Shown: positions 49,359-63,182 of the stretch, piece by piece | Position numbering within the stretch: the stretch's first letter is position 1 | Layout of the letters: every line of letters begins with the position of its first letter | Assembly: GCA_002633005.1 (NCBI GenBank) | Contig: NMRA01000009.1 | Coordinates: forward strand, 278,083-342,082 | Reading direction: 5' to 3' | DNA from: Phoronis australis | Taxonomy: Eukaryota; Animalia; Phoronida | Length of the DNA stretch: 64,000 bases | Made by a program: the position numbers and the translations under genes | Notes under the pieces: model-generated | The model's input: the letters and a program-made list of their open reading frames with translations, nothing else | Databases searched by the model: none | Told to the model about the DNA's origin: nothing

Positions 49359-52300
49359 GATCTCTATCACTCATGCTCTTCCCGATTTTACCAGACATGC
49401 CAACTTTTGTAAAATTGAAGTATGTAGTATTTTCAGATTAACTTTCAGTATTAGTCCTTGCAATGTCCATCAACAGATGAGCATCTATGTCCAGTCAATA
49501 GTGAACAGGTCACAAGTCTATGTTCAATATAGCTGGAGATGGATGACCTTGCGGCAACTTACATACACAGCAGCTGAGATATTGCTAGCCCTGGTTCACA
49601 TGTGCCTGTCATTACTGGTGTTGCTGATTGAAAGACTGCTTCCTGTCTTCATAAATGACACCACATTAAACTTTTACATATTAACTGTGGATATAGATGT
49701 CCTCCTGATGTCCCCGTCTACTCTCAGTCCTCTGCCTTAAGACAGCCTCAGGTAGCCCTGCACACACTGTCAACTCAATAAGGGCTCAAGGTGTGCTTTT
49801 GATTATCATTTTGTCGCCAGCTCTTTTGATCTGTGGATGCTTCTTGCTATTGCGTTGGTCCAATAATTGACACACTTTATCAATCACGTCAAGTTAAAGC
49901 GTCAAAGCCGTGTGATACAACCGACCATAAGATGGGTCAGTATATCAAAGGACTGATGCGCACAGATTTCTTTTGAAACCCTCTCCACACATGTTCCTGT
50001 TGTGTTTGTCGCACTGACTGTGTCTGATCACTGAGATTGAATTATCATCGCAGTGCTCTTGTGATCTCCACCATGCTATTTTTGCAAGATGTTTTGTGTA
50101 GTGGTATTGACACAAAGAACATAATCAAATCTCAGCAATTTTGGCATACTGTGCCTTAGTAGTCCCACTCTCATATTTCAAATTTATCCAGTGTAACAAG
50201 ATGTATCATATTTATGCTTATTTTGACCTTAAAGAATGCGTTTCATTACTTATGGTATATTTCTGGTAATTAGTCCCAGACTTCTGTTTCATTAATTAGT
50301 AAACTGTAGTTGGGTGGTAGATACATGTTGTCACATTGTATTAATGAGTTGCAGGCTGTTGTTCTGATTAACCCACATATTAATTAGTTGCCAGTTTTTC
50401 GAGGAGCCTTAACTCCTGTTTGAGAAGAGCTGAAGCAAGGCTTAGGTGTTGTCTCCAACAGAAGGTCCATTTGCATTCCAATCTAATTGAGCTTAAGTTG
50501 ATGATAGAGAGGCCCATTAGTTGTTGCATCACTCTGGCTAGATTGACCCTTGAGTGTTGGAAGGATGATGACCAGCTGATTGGCCAACTCAGTTGATGAC
50601 CAGCTGGCTATCTGAAAACTACTGCATCAAAGGCTGGTGTCCTGACCCAAGTTTAAAAATCTGTGGCTGATCATCATAGCTGAAACTGTGGAATGTTTCA
50701 ACTCCAATCAGTTCTCAAATAAAAGTACAATAATGATGAACACATATTATAAATTCACAATTGCATTAACTCGAGCAATGTGTGAAACAAGTTGAATGCC
50801 TAAGGATGTCTGACAAGGTGCTCCCTCTGTCCCAGTTGTTGGGAGATCCTGTTTTTCAGGAATAACAAAAAATGGAAAGAACTCACGGAATGGGACGTCT
50901 TTCACGAAATTAGAATTTTTTATGTATCATGTTGAAATAATACAAAGAAGTTGCTAATTGTTAATACTAAAGTCCCTAAAATCTATGTTTGCTAAAACAA
51001 ATGTCTCTGTTTTGAAAACCCGAAAATCATGCTCTCCATTTGTATTGGCCATGTGTTAGCCATGTGTCAGTGGACTTTTTGTCGACCTCAACTGGAATAT
51101 GTGACCACTTGAAAACATACCTCTGCTCTAAAAATGAAGCATTTGTACATGGATTTCTTATTTTTCAAATTTGTTGTCACCAACATACAATAAACATTAC
51201 AGTGAAGCAAACAGAATGACCCAAAGTACAAGTCATCCTCCTTAATTAGTGCATGTTAGTCATGGAGAGTCAGCAACTATGGTACCTCAGATGCAGACAG
51301 ATGCCAAAATAGTTAAATTGTCTTTAGAAGGTCTAACTGCTAACAGGAATGTGATATTCCATTCATCTCTGCCTTGTGAGAGCAACTTAACTAAAGCAGA
51401 TACCCAAGCCACATTCCCTAGCAACTTCACAAATGCAGATACCCAAGCCACGTTCCCCAGCATTCTCTTTTTTTCATTGGCGAGACTGAGATAGTTTGTA
51501 GCAGCTCCAATGGTGCTGGCACACGCAAGACGTGTGATCAGTCGCTGGTCAGCTGTACATGGTCTGTATCATTGTCATTCCGTCCTGTCCTGTCTTCCTT
51601 GTACAAATGGCTAACAACACTATGACATCCATCACTACTACCAACGAGGGACGGTTGGGCAGCCAGATAGACTGTTAAGTTTTGTTGCTGGCCTGAATGT
51701 GTCTTTGAACTCTTTTTTTGCCAACTGCCGTTCTTTATTGTAGAACATTGCTAGAGCAATTAATGTTCTTGCTACTAAAAACCAGTGAAGAGAGCCACAC
51801 ATGCAAGCTCTGACCAGTCAGCTTGTATGTTTGCAGCATCCTGGGACAATTAACCTTTTTAGAGCTCTACCTTTTGAGAACAGCTCCCTGGAGGTGTCTG
51901 GGTGATGCTTTGAGCCAACTGTAGCTGAGTCTTAATCATTTGATTTGAAAGGCCAACAGACAACTACAAGCATCTTGTTGAAAAGGAGTGTGTCAAGAGT
52001 ACTCATAGTCTTGTTTCTTTTGATCACTTAACATTAAGTGAAATGGGTGTAGTTAAATCAAACTACTTGAGAATCAGTTTCACTTTGCACTGCCAACACT
52101 TGGCCTTGTAGCTTCTTCAGGGATTTCATCAAAGCTGGAACGTGCCCTAGTGTTTCAGTAATCTGTAAACAACATATGACCAGTACTTGGGACACTGGAG
52201 TTGTGTAAACATTGACAAACACAGAGACTCAAATGTTTTCTGTAGTACAGCTTGTCCTGTCCTCTTCATGACAGGATAATAAACTGTCAAGTTCTCTGGC

Positions 52301-53269
52301 TAACATCCAGCAATAAAGGTCTCATTTAGCAATCTTTGATTCAAAAGGAGTGAAATTGGGCCTCGTTTTTGTGACCTCTAGTTTTTTCAATAGAACTCAA
52401 AAGTTTCTTTCATCAACATGATCTAGCAACTTGCTTTGAATACACTTTCATATACAATTCAAGAAACTGCAATCTTGAGTTTACATCTCAAGCGATTTTA
52501 AGTATGGTATAACTGACTGTTTGTTAAATTTTAACATCATTAACCAAAATACATAACACAAAAAGTTTAGATATCCCTATACATCTGTGGTAAAATAGCC
52601 CATGCATTTGTCTACGTTTGCCTGATGCCACCAGCGCACCCTGTTGGCCAGTGTCAGCTGTTGGTAAATTGCCACAATCATCATAGCCAGGTTCTTGTGT
52701 ATGTGTGCTTTTTATGTTCTAGTGCTCCATTAGCAAGCCTCTTTGGTGTAGTTGTAATGATCCACTGGCTTCTCTGGCCAGTCCTCCTGTTTACTCTGCT
52801 AATAGACTGTATTGTCAGACAAAACAATGTGGCTGGCCATTCAGATCTGTAACAGTTTTTATGTATGTGCCTGCTGATGGCAGTGCATTCTCAAACAAAC
52901 ATGTGACATGCTGGTGGTGTAGTCAGCAAGTGAATTGTACAAATTATTGAAACACAAACTGAAATAAAAAGATGTCAGTTCCGTGTGTAGTGTCAGGCAA
53001 GTTCACTTTTCTAGATTTAACCCTTGTTTTTTGCTTCCTCTGAATAAAGGCTTTGTTGTAAAAACTGTTGAACAAAAAAATAATAATTATAATACAGTAC
53101 CGTCTGCTTGGATATGATCGCATCGCAATTCTGGTTTCTACTCGTTATATGGTGCTCATAGAAATATCGTGGATCGACCAGTTGATTGGAAATGAGCTTG
53201 TTGGTTCTCAAAATGTCCTTGAATATTTGTATAGCATTTGCATATAACAGCCATCTGGTTCCCTTTTAG

Positions 53270-53335
53270 CCTTGAAGCGAAAGCTGATGCTGAGGCGTTC
53301 TGTGAACGAGCTGGTGAACCAAGGAATCATGCCAC
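53270..53335 (+). CDS. MRTF: MRTF exon, RPEL1 (SLKRKLMLRRSVNELVNQGIMP)
   Basis: CCCTTTTAG| acceptor and CAC|GTAAGT donor; phase 1-1; RPEL-type motif RRxxxELxxQGIMP. Confidence 0.95.
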
Positions 53336-56300
53336 GTAAGTATACTACTAATTTCAGTTTCATTTTTATCGCGGTTCAATTCCCATTATTTCTGAAACAT
53401 TTGTGCTTTCATTGAGGAATTAGTAGTAATTTGCGTTATCTCATATGCCATACCATACTGTTTTATATTATTAGGTTGGCTTCACGAAAGGAAAAACTTA
53501 GCGAGGAACAGTTATTTCGGTTTAAGTGAAACCTGCACCACTTTACTAGTAATCAGCTTAGGGCTTAAAATATCTTTGGAGGTTTGGTGATCTTTAAAAG
53601 ATGTGGACACATTTCACAAGAATGCAGTTAATTCTAGCAAGATGGAAAAACTGATTATGATCTTTGCTAAGAAGTATTGCGCAAGAATACATGATAATCA
53701 TCTCCACCCCCTGATATTTGCTCATAATTGCTCAAGACAGCAGCGAATAAATAAATTGTTCATACCTCTTGCTAATGCGTTTTCATTAGCCCCTGACATT
53801 TCAGCTCACCTTTTGCCTGTGTTTACATTCATAAGCCTGTGTCTCTGTCCACCCACATGGTTCATTAGCTCCATATATTCTCCTAACCACAGCCATAGTG
53901 TCAACTGGCCCAGTCGGGGGCCATTAAACTCCTCCTTTTAATTAGCGTATATAATGCTGTCATTGCATCCTCTCCCCNCTAACCACATAGTCATCTCATT
54001 TTTGGCTTGTAATATATATTTTTGATGTTCAGAAAAAAATTAAATAATTCCACTTCCGTGGTTGTAGGACAGCACTTTCCTTTTCCAATTTGAAATTTCG
54101 TAAACAATTCATTATTGTTGCAACAAACATTTAATTTAACGGAGAAAACACCCCTTGTGTTGTATCAAATTAGTCTTTCCAGGTGCTTAATGAACAGTTA
54201 ATGGCATAGAGTCTGTTGCGCAATCCTATTGTCTTTACTGGTCACTACTGAGTTAGTGGTGCATTTCAACTAGGAATAGATATGTATATATTGTGTGTTC
54301 TGGGTGTCCTGTGAAGCAATGAGCACTCTAGTCAAGTTATGTAGTCATGTCAAACTGAAATAGGATGTGAAACCTAAATACTTCCTGCTGTCCAGCTGAT
54401 ATTAATCTACAGATTATAAATTACTGGTCACCCTACATTCTGCATTAATGGGACTGAACTTCTTACAGATCTGCTGTCTCAGGCTTGCTTAGCGCGTTAA
54501 CTTAATTTGCAAAAAATTTAAAGGTTATGTCACATGATTTGCATTTTTGGCTCTAAAACTAGACCAATCTGTGTATTCTTCTGTATGTCACCATGGCAGG
54601 TTACCTGGCTGTTTTGTGTTATCTGTGCATTAGTCTAGAAGACTATTTCCTGAAGCATGAAGATATCACCAGGTTTATTGGGCGATTTGTAAACAGAGTT
54701 AACCTTTGCATGCATCAGGCAAATCTAACCCAAACTGTATTTGGCCGGATACCACCGGGGACCACCAACATTGCATGACAACTGTGCTAGGGCTACTTAC
54801 TGTAAAAGTAGACCAGCTACAACTAGCAGAACTCTACCTAATCTTACTTACAGGTTTTGGCTTCCAAGTGTTGAAACTTAAAAGCAAAACCAAGAAACTA
54901 TAACTTTTCACTGTTTTGAACTTAAAACAAATAGTTGCAAGCATTTTTGTGCTTCTTTTTGCAAACCCTTCTAGCAAAACTGCATATTTTGCACCTTAGG
55001 TTGGGCTAAATTCGAACCTTGCATCTGCCCCTGCATCTTCTACTGCCAGAGACCACCATGACTGCAGTTTTGCTAGATGCCAATTGGTCTTTATATAGCC
55101 AAAGGCTATTGGCGTGTCCCTACACCATTCTTGTATTGGTAATACACAACCCATCTTGTGGAAGCAATTCAAACACACACTCTTCAGTTTACACTGTTTT
55201 GTAGGAGGAATATAAGTAGCCATTTGTCCCATTACTGTCCTCGTTTTTGTCTAATTTACAGACCATACCTATTGTCTCTGGATGCAAATATTTATCACGC
55301 CCAATTTGCTTGGAAAAAGAATTGTTACAACAAGAACTCTATTATTGTTGGTCTTGGTTGTTTCAGCAGGAAAACTCCGGATGGGATCGTAATTGTTGAT
55401 GCTTGTGAGAGTTCACTGTGTTACAGCTCAAGTCTGTGTTTATACATTTATAAAAAGTGACAACTGTCAACTTGACAGTCACAGGCTAGGTCACAGACTT
55501 GTGTGTGTCTGTGTGATCCAAGAAATGTGCAGTTTGTTATTTCAAGAGTCACTTGAGAAAAGCGACAACTTACTGATTAGAACTTGTGGAGTTGTTCCAC
55601 TGAGTACTGCCAACATTCTGCGCACTTCTGCCTCAAAATGGTTATCGTTGACCAATAGTAATGACAATGTTTTTACAGCATACAATAATTGACAATTATC
55701 GCACATTGCCTCTACAGATAACTCTCATTGTCTTAAGAGCTATTGATAATTTGGAGCATCAGAATAACTATTATGAACAAATTGTTATGTTCATCTCAGT
55801 TTGCCATTGTCTCACTGATGCCATACCATTTTGTTTTTGTTGTTCACGTCTGCCACTTTTTATATTTGTGATATGAATACTTTAGTAGATATTTACGGCT
55901 TTACATCATGTGTAAATCCATCCAGATGTTCATTGTATACTCAATAACCTCTGTTGCCGCCTAGAGAATCGTTATTTCATGAACATTGGTCTGACCTGTT
56001 CTTTCATGTGCATTTCTAGTAGAAAACCTTGTGAACTGGTTCATTAGTACTGAGATATGGCCATGAGATTTTGACTTACACTTATACTTTTGCATAGCTA
56101 AACAGAGTGGCTTTGATGCCAGTGAAAACAAAAGCAGTGCAGAGACTACCTAATGTACAGTCTCATCTGGCAGGGGCATCCCTCAACTTGTCTGTCCATC
56201 TGACACTTTAGACTTGTCTGGGATGGTCTGATTATAATGAGATCACAAGCAATAATTGGACAGGTTGTAGTGATACTCACTACTGTTCAGAAGGACCCCA

Positions 56301-56570
56301 TGTTGTCCAAACTGAAACGGGCAATCTGTGTCTGTGTCATATTTATGTAATTACCAGAGAAAGTTTGGTGTTGTGAACTTGAGTGACATCCAATCAACCA
56401 GTAAAGTAATGACACTTAGTCTGTTTGTTTGTTGTTTAATGGTCAATTTCACAGCCCCAAACATCACATCTCTCAAGTTCTGCAATCAATAGTTAAATGT
56501 TTAGAAGTAACTCCTTTGATGTTCATTGGCCCATTCCTTTAGATCCAGGATTATGTACAATGGAAACATG

Positions 56571-56583
56571 CGCACACACACAC

Positions 56584-56649
<66 letters not shown>

Positions 56650-56693
56650 GCACACAAACACGCGCGTGCGCGCGCGCACACACACACACACGC
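56571..56693. repeat. (CA)n microsatellite with a (CG)-rich core
   Basis: ~120 bp of mostly alternating purine-pyrimidine sequence. Confidence 0.97.
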
Positions 56694-56740
56694 ATTAGTT
56701 GAAGCTTACCTATTCTTTATTCTCTACTTTATATTTTCAG

Positions 56741-56796
56741 CCTTAAAAACTCCACCAGCATTTGCTGAAAAGAGTAAACAACTGGAAAGAGCCAAG
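56741..56796 (+). CDS. MRTF: MRTF exon, RPEL1-RPEL2 spacer (PLKTPPAFAEKSKQLERAK)
   Basis: ATTTTCAG| acceptor and AAG|GTATTT donor; matches the conserved PLK(S/T)PxAF..LERA(R/K). Confidence 0.95.
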
Positions 56797-58765
56797 GTAT
56801 TTTTATTTATCCATATTCAAGTAGTTTGTGTGGTTTCAAGAATTTGTGTATTGTATTAATCTTTTAAAAAGTGCTTAAATTTTCTTTTAGAAATTTGCTG
56901 TTATTGGGAACCGGTGATTTTTTACGTCACATAGTGTCTGTGAACGTTGGCTTTGAATATCCTATGAATACTTCTGTAGGTGCCACTTTTCAAAATTACA
57001 CTAAATTATTGGAAATTGGCTCCATTTAACTGGCATGTTTTCTCGGATTGGCGTCTCTTCAATTGTCAAGATTTGCCACACGTGGAACTTATTTGTACAC
57101 ATAATATATCCCCCATGCTCAGTTGTTTCAAGATTTGTGGTAAATTTGAGAAGTTATTTTGTTTCTCTGAAGGAGCTGCGTACAACTTTAGCCTGGCTCC
57201 AATTCTGTTCTGTGTGACCTTTTCCTCAACGAAGAATTTGGTGCTTTTAAACAGGGCCTCAATTTCAGCAAATATTTACAATCAGCATTTTGCCCATGAC
57301 TGGTTGGAGGACAGTTTAGTAGTTTACAAAATGGCCGATTTTAGGCAACTGTTTTGAAACAGTTTTTATTTTGTACTAAGTCACATGTTTAGTTGCATTG
57401 CTAATATTTGGCTGGTGAAAAATCACATGAACTTGAGTGTGTAAGTTAGTTTGCGTTTTATTATCTGTAAGTATAGTTAGTGGTATGTGCCCAACTGTGT
57501 GGCCTAAGCAGGCCTGGTGCATCACAAAAGGCACCAGGCCATCTGTCCATTTTTTTATTTTTTAAAAAAATTGACAATTTCTGTCAAACTCGTTGCCATC
57601 ATTTAAAGTTATGGTAGAAAGCCTGAAAAAAGCTGAAAAATGACAACACTAAATTATTTGAAGATTAGCCAGAAATTCTTACTCAAAGTTTGGCAATATT
57701 TGACGAGTAGAACTATCATGGACTACTTTATTAGTAACAGTAGAGAATTTTCTGATTTGGGATTGAGATTTGAAAGGAATCTCAGAAGAGACACATAATG
57801 TCAAAAAATTACCTCCCTAAGCCCCTCCCCCCACACTCTGGCTGCTTCCTTTAATTGACACTCATACATTTGTACCTGTGCGTCCACGGTGTTACAGCTA
57901 CACACTTCATTAACTGCGGGTTTTACTTGGTTGTTTTAGTACTCTTCCACCGTCTGTCTGTCACTTGACTGTCCCTGGGGGTGACCTTCTATTTAAACCT
58001 ATTTGATTATTGCAATATGTACACAGGGTTGTTATTGACTTTGTGCTCCCTCCCCTAACATCCCCCCCTAGCTAGTAGTGCCAATTGTGCCAATGAGTTG
58101 GCTGGCTTTCATTACCTCCATTTCTGTCACCGGTCAACCGTTGGTTTCATTATCACACTTCTCAATACAACTGGCTGTAGTTTTCACATGTTTGGTCACC
58201 TTGGTCAAATTTGGACTGGCAATTAACAGACATGGTCGTTTAACTGGTTGCAATTGTTCAAACAAATGATAACCTGTGCGTGTTACTACACAGCTAGTAG
58301 GCACACAGATTCACACCAACTTTCCATAGTGCTATACAATAATATTATGGTTTTCTGTGGTAAATATAGCCTTCAAGCACTCACTCTAATTGCCTTCTAT
58401 CTTGAAGTCTTCATAGAGATCATTATCTGTGGCCAGTCAAACAGGAAAACTAGGCTAGCCTAGCCAAGATATATTTATTTGATCAACATTGACTTCATTG
58501 TTTCAAATTATTTTTCTGGCCCACATTCTCTGCCCATTAACAGCAGATACTGGACATTTCTATTTGACACTGGTTAGGCCACAAGAAAAATTATTTGAGG
58601 AAATGATCCATTATGAACTAGCCTGAGGACATTTGCTTAAATATTTCTGCTTAGGGTTATTTGCTAGATAATTTTCATAGTTATAACTGACACTCTGTGT
58701 AAGTAGAGACCTAGTGTGTGGTCTTTAACAGAAAAATGGTAGTTTAATATAGCCTACTTTTTCAG

Positions 58766-58841
58766 GTAGGAGATACATTGCGACACAAGATACAATCCCG
58801 TCCTGATCGGCAGGCACTAGTCCAACAGCACATTCTGGAAG
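58766..58841 (+). CDS. MRTF: MRTF exon, RPEL2 (VGDTLRHKIQSRPDRQALVQQHILE)
   Basis: CTTTTTCAG| acceptor and AAG|GTATGC donor; phase 0-1. Confidence 0.95.
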
Positions 58842-59097
58842 GTATGCACTACTTGTACATCAATTACCTTCAATGTTGAATAAGACCATGTGTAAAGTGC
58901 CAAGTAAGGGCAGACAGGTCAGACACAAGCTAATGGTGGCATGTTTATTGTGTACCACTATTAGTTGGTGTTTATGTGCACAATAAAGTCATTTACCATT
59001 ACTACTTATTATTTGACAGTGGTTGGGCTTCTATGTTTCTTGAAAATCTTAGATAATGGTTTCTTTCAAAAAGTATTTTGTAATAACCAAGTGATTG

Positions 59098-59363
59098 TTG
59101 CTAGTTGGATACTATGACTAGCTCAAGTACAGAGGTTACCTTTGTTAGTTGGATACTATGACCAGCTCAAGTACAGAGGTTACCTTTGTTAGTTGGATAC
59201 TATGACCAGCTCAAGTACAGAGGTTACCTTTGTTAGTTGGATACTATGACCAGCTCAAGTACAGAGGTTACCTTTGTTAGTTGGATACTATGACCAGCTT
59301 AAGTACAGCAATTACCTTTGTTAGTTGGATACTATGACTAGCTCAAGTACAGAGGTTACCTTT
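59098..59363. repeat. 44-bp minisatellite (TGTTAGTTGGATACTATGACCAGCTCAAGTACAGAGGTTACCTT)x6
   Basis: Direct repeats with period 44, intronic. Confidence 0.95.
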
Positions 59364-59774
59364 ATGTTAACTAATTTGTGCTACATTTACCATGCTAATC
59401 CAGCCCTGTGCTCCTCTGTGTTTCACCAACATTACTGCCTTCCTTCATTAGCAGTGAGCTGTATGTGACTGTTGACACCAGACAAGACCCTAATGAGTTG
59501 TTAGCCTGGCTTTCATCGCCTGCTCAACAGACTCCATGTTGTTTGTTTATGTGTCTCAGCCTGTTGGTTATAGTGCATCTAACACTTCTCCCAAATATCT
59601 TGCATATAGCACTTATTGGTTATTCAAAATGATAATGCTTGCTATGTTACTTAGGTCATATCTTGAAATATAGGCATTCATTTTACTGTCTTGCTTATTT
59701 TGTTCAATACTTAGTCTGGATTTTGTTGAAAATGAGGTTAATATACACTGCGCAATTCAATGTGTTGTTTTCAG

Positions 59775-59942
59775 ATGCAAATTCACATGTTGATCCGTCT
59801 CTACAAGAAAGACAGAGGTTGCTGAAGCGAGCTCGTCTCGTGGACGACCTTAATGAAAAGTTAGCTCACCGGCCCGGACCATTAGAGTTAGTAGCTGGCA
59901 ACATTCTACAAACTGAGAAGGATCTCCAGCGGGCAATCAATG
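59775..59942 (+). CDS. MRTF: MRTF exon, B2 basic element and RPEL3 (LLKRARLVDDLNEKLAHRPGPLELVAGNIL)
   Basis: TTGTTTTCAG| acceptor and ATG|GTTTGC donor; phase 1-1; closely resembles the MRTF-family RPEL3. Confidence 0.95.
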
Positions 59943-60189
59943 GTTTGCATCTATTTATCATCTTTCTTGAACATCAATATATTAGAATTATTAACTCTAT
60001 GAATTTTCAAACTGACAAGGATTTTAGGCTTGACATGAATTGAGATTGGTAGTCTTATATCAAGAATTAGTGACTTCTCTTTAGATTGTGGAAGGAGAGT
60101 GCAATATGTTTACATGTCATAGCATGATGTTCTATGTGGCCTTGTGTTGGCTTCAAATCTGAGTTACATATTGACAGTGGCTATTTCAG

Positions 60190-62050
60190 ATGGGAACATC
60201 CACTACAACAAGACATGTGAAGGGGAGGACCCCATACACTCATCCAGACCAAAATTTGTGTTTGAGTTGGAGAGCCCTAAAAGTGATGCTGCCTCATCAC
60301 CAGAGCCTGAGACATCGGAGGGGTCTACAGTGAATAGTGGCATACCAATATCATCACCAACTGGTTTGGTTCCTGTCACTGCTATGCAGCAAGCCGCTGC
60401 CAACCAGCAGATGTTCACGTTTGCTGGCAAGACCATACCCATAACCACACAGTCATTTGTGCCTTCCACATCGTCCAATAGTGTCTCAGTGACTAGTCCA
60501 ACTGGCACTAAAAGCTCGTCCAATGGAGGAAAAAGCTCAAGTGGTCGCATCAAAAAGAACAAACCAAAGACTCAGTCGAAGAACAAAGTGATCAAATTTC
60601 ACGAGTACAAAGGGCCGCCGAGTTCTAAAACCCAGCAGACGACCAACCCCCCGCCCGCTCCTCCAGCCCAGCCCGTGCAGGAGACTCCATACAACATCCT
60701 GCTGCAGCAGCAGCAATTGTTCCTACAGTGGCAGCTGGAGTTCCAGCAGAACAACATGCAGTTTATGGTGTCCCCTGCTGGGGCCACCGCTGCCAGTCTG
60801 TCGACCATTCAACCATCACCACAACCAACCACTCAGCAACCAATCACTCAACAGATACAGATAAAGCAGGAGGTCAAGTCACCACCACCGTGCTCTGTTA
60901 GTCCTTCTAGTGTGAACAGTAGCAACATTAGTGCTCCTAACTCAGTGACATCATCCACTTCGGTGGCGTCTCCACCACCTGCCACACCAGTCATAGCATC
61001 TGCACTTTCTCCGAAACCTGTTGTTGCGTCAAAGTCATTGTCAAAACTGGAGGACATGAAAGTTGCAGATTTACGCGGAGAACTTAAAAAACGTAACCTT
61101 CCAGTATCTGGCACAAAACCGCAACTCATTGAACGTTTGCGTCCATATTCAGATGTGATAACCAGCACGGCCCCAAACTCTCTCAATACCAACGAAAATA
61201 CAGTTGTTTCACTACCAGGGCTGCCCTCTATTAACTCTGTTGTCGTTCCCATGTCATCAGCACCACCTAGTGTCCAGCCACCACAGTTTAACCCCGAGGA
61301 GTCCAGCATGTCGCTGCATGGGTCACCACCACTGTCGCCTATCAGTCAGGCAGATACCAACAGTGTTGCTCCTGCCCCAACTCCACTCTCCCCAGTATCC
61401 ATGGATACCAATGTGATGTCGCCCACGAATTCCTCGCCACATTCTCTCATCCATAACACAAGAAGCCAGCCCTCCATTCCAATGGCTGTTGACCAGATAT
61501 CACGACCACCATCCGTGGCGCCTATGGACGTGGAACACTCCAGTCTTCCTGCCAACAACATACCGTTGGCACCACCACTGCCGCTCCATCTTGGCATGGT
61601 TGGTCAGCCTCCAGCGGCGGTGAATGTCAACACATCCTCGACACAGATTTCCTCTGAGGAACTCGTCAAACAGCAGCAACAGCAGATTGAAGAGCTCCAA
61701 CGCCAACTGAACTTATCTCTACAACAGCAGCAGCTTCTTGCAGTGGCAGCCCAGCGAGCTGCTGCCATGCAGGCTGCCAAAGATAGTAGCCAGTCCATTC
61801 CTTCAATAGTTGTCACTGCCCAGCCTCAATCTCACTTCCTGCAGCAGCTTCAGCAGCAGCAACAACAGCAGCATTCTGGAGTAGCTGTGGCCAGCAGCTC
61901 TGCCCATGAACTTATCAACATCGGCCAGCCCAAGGTTGCCTTCAGCAAACTGCCACCCAGCTCTCAACCGTTCATCTTTACATCAAAGCCAGAGGCTGTG
62001 GCTAAGCCTACGGTGGCAGTGATGCCGATGAATGGAGTAGTTCAGAGCAA
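60190..62050 (+). CDS. MRTF: MRTF large exon: B1 basic box (KFHEYKGPP, ~60552-60620), Q domain (~60690-60745), SAP domain (~61047-61148), coiled coil (~61656-61730)
   Basis: 636-aa ORF; CTATTTCAG| acceptor and CAA|GTGAGT donor. Motifs: KKNKPK..KVIKFHEYKGPP, YNILLQQQQLFLQWQLE, LEDMKVADLRGELKKRNLPVSGTKPQLIERLRPY, QQQIEELQRQL. Confidence 0.97.
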
Positions 62051-63182
62051 GTGAGTTTCTATTGATTGTGTTAAAGTAAATGGTTGGTTTTTCATTTGTT
62101 GATGGCGAGGTGTTTGTGTGTGTTATGGCTGAACATAAATTACCAGGAATGTAGCAGGTATCTAGAAGCACTGTACAGCCATTATGTAGTCTTTGACAAC
62201 AACTGCAACATTGACTGTGATATCCAAAAAAAACAACAATTCTTATCAACAAGGAAGTTTAGGAGTTAGGTCTCCAAACACACCAGATCGAATAATCAAT
62301 CTCCCCAGAAACCTAGTGTGTTTATTCAAACCAACAATTGAAAGTCATCTGCAAAACCTGTCATTAAGTGCAGGCATTGAAGTTGACTGGTATCCCATCA
62401 TCCCCTGGAGAGGATGTTGTTCATGTGTTAGTATATTGGGCTTAAATAACTTTATTTCACTACAGTGTCTGATCTAGACAAAAAGTACATATCTGTTTTA
62501 AAGTACTTAACTAAAAGTTGAATTTAATCTGAAGACATTTGTATTGGCCATTCCATGGGTTGAAGAATTTGTATAAGACAACATTTAAGTAACAGCTGTT
62601 AACAGCAGGCTCAAAGCAATAATTGAAATAGCAGAGGCTAGCATCTAGTAGCACAACAGACAAAGGTGTATTGTGTTTTGTCAGTTGGTTGGGGGAATAT
62701 ATTAACGAAATGAAGCCAAATGGACATAAATAGTTCTTAGAGGCTATCAGGCTTAATTTTCAGCAAAACCATTTAACAGTGGCTTGTAAATGTTGATTAT
62801 TTTGGTTTCTTTAAAGTGTCTGATTCATTGAATATAATTGGGCCACGCTTCTAATTAGCAGTAAATCAAAATTCCACTGTCATTTGGACTAGTTGGCTAT
62901 GACGTATGTTCATACTGACTGGCTCTACATGCTCAGTTTAAATACTGGATGACTATACTTGTGTAGTGACCTGTGTCAAGCTGGTGAAGCCATCAATTGC
63001 ACTCTGCTGCATAGTGTTGGTCATCCACTGTTATCGCGACCTTAGATTACTGAAATTTTGACCACTGTTTCTGCACAAATGAGCATCTTAGCCATTGGTT
63101 GTATTCTGCTAGTGACTTGTAGTTCTTGCTCAGATCACCCATTGCAGCCTGTTGGTTACCGATCTTTGTTTGTTCGACTCAG

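Noticed and set aside
49038-49740. Hydrophobic, repetitive ORFs resembling membrane proteins
   Set aside because: They are translations of the 26-bp minisatellite; the ORFs at 13196, 22829-23094, 38013-38409 and 56497-56859 have the same origin (the last also overlaps a real 56-nt exon).
50846-51750. CACGGAA-type motifs suggesting an old TIR element
   Set aside because: No TIR pair or TSD could be identified by eye.
59639-60189. ORF-track N-terminal extensions of the MRTF exons (from 59639 and 60144)
   Set aside because: These are intronic read-through from non-ATG starts; canonical acceptors at 59775 and 60190 give the correct spliced frame.
60203-61816. Several antisense ORFs (60203-60562, 60848-61309, 61346-61597, 61604-61816)
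   Set aside because: They are shadows of the Ser/Pro/Gln-rich MRTF exon and contain no recognisable domains.
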